From an uncultured Chlamydiae bacterium (GTDB lineage Bacteria; Chlamydiota; Chlamydiia; Chlamydiales; JAJFMA01), in NCBI GenBank assembly GCA_963713615.1, contig CAVQMM010000001.1, positions 1,280,001 through 1,344,000 on the forward strand: a DNA stretch of 64,000 nt, read 5' to 3'. Below, piece after piece: positions 63,951-64,000 of the stretch. Numbering within the stretch: position 1 is the first letter of the stretch; every line of letters starts with the position of its first letter. The notes below the pieces were generated by a model. That model saw only the letters and a list, made by a program, of their open reading frames with translations, was not told the origin of the DNA and searched no databases. A program made the translations under genes and the position numbers.

Positions 63951-64000
63951 GAGATGGTTCCTCTCTTTTCTCGAACCTGCTTGAAATTAAACTGAGCTTT

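Overview
This window looks like chromosome of an environmental Chlamydiae bacterium. The placement rests on a tandem-fused ~1890-aa UvrA, a long YidC, a Pkn1-type kinase-FGE fusion, the gyrB-gyrA-tmk-holB cluster and futalosine-pathway mqnE/mqnA/menG. Housekeeping genes are interspersed with candidate host-interaction genes: three paralogous membrane proteins, two ankyrin proteins (one with an AnkH-like Cys-protease domain), an LRR protein, a GNAT-like protein and a Gly-rich PEP-CTERM protein. The most striking signal is non-coding. Many intergenic gaps hold long palindromic elements from several distinct families, and these insert into one another in a consistent order. At 32.5-35.6 kb the nesting is five levels deep (9-bp-period host palindrome > GAGGTAATTGCA-TIR MITE with 4-bp TSD > small CATAGGCCTC-TIR element > GGAG-REP-like palindrome > complete IS66 with 8-bp TSD), and an IS-free twin of the inner layers sits at 46.5-47.1 kb. 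A further TA-flanked 164-bp palindrome has inserted twice, in frame (+54 aa each), into one predicted secreted-protein gene. Several genes take their stop codons or C-termini from these elements. No rRNA, tRNA or CRISPR array was seen. All calls come from reading the sequence and ORF track; no database searches were run.
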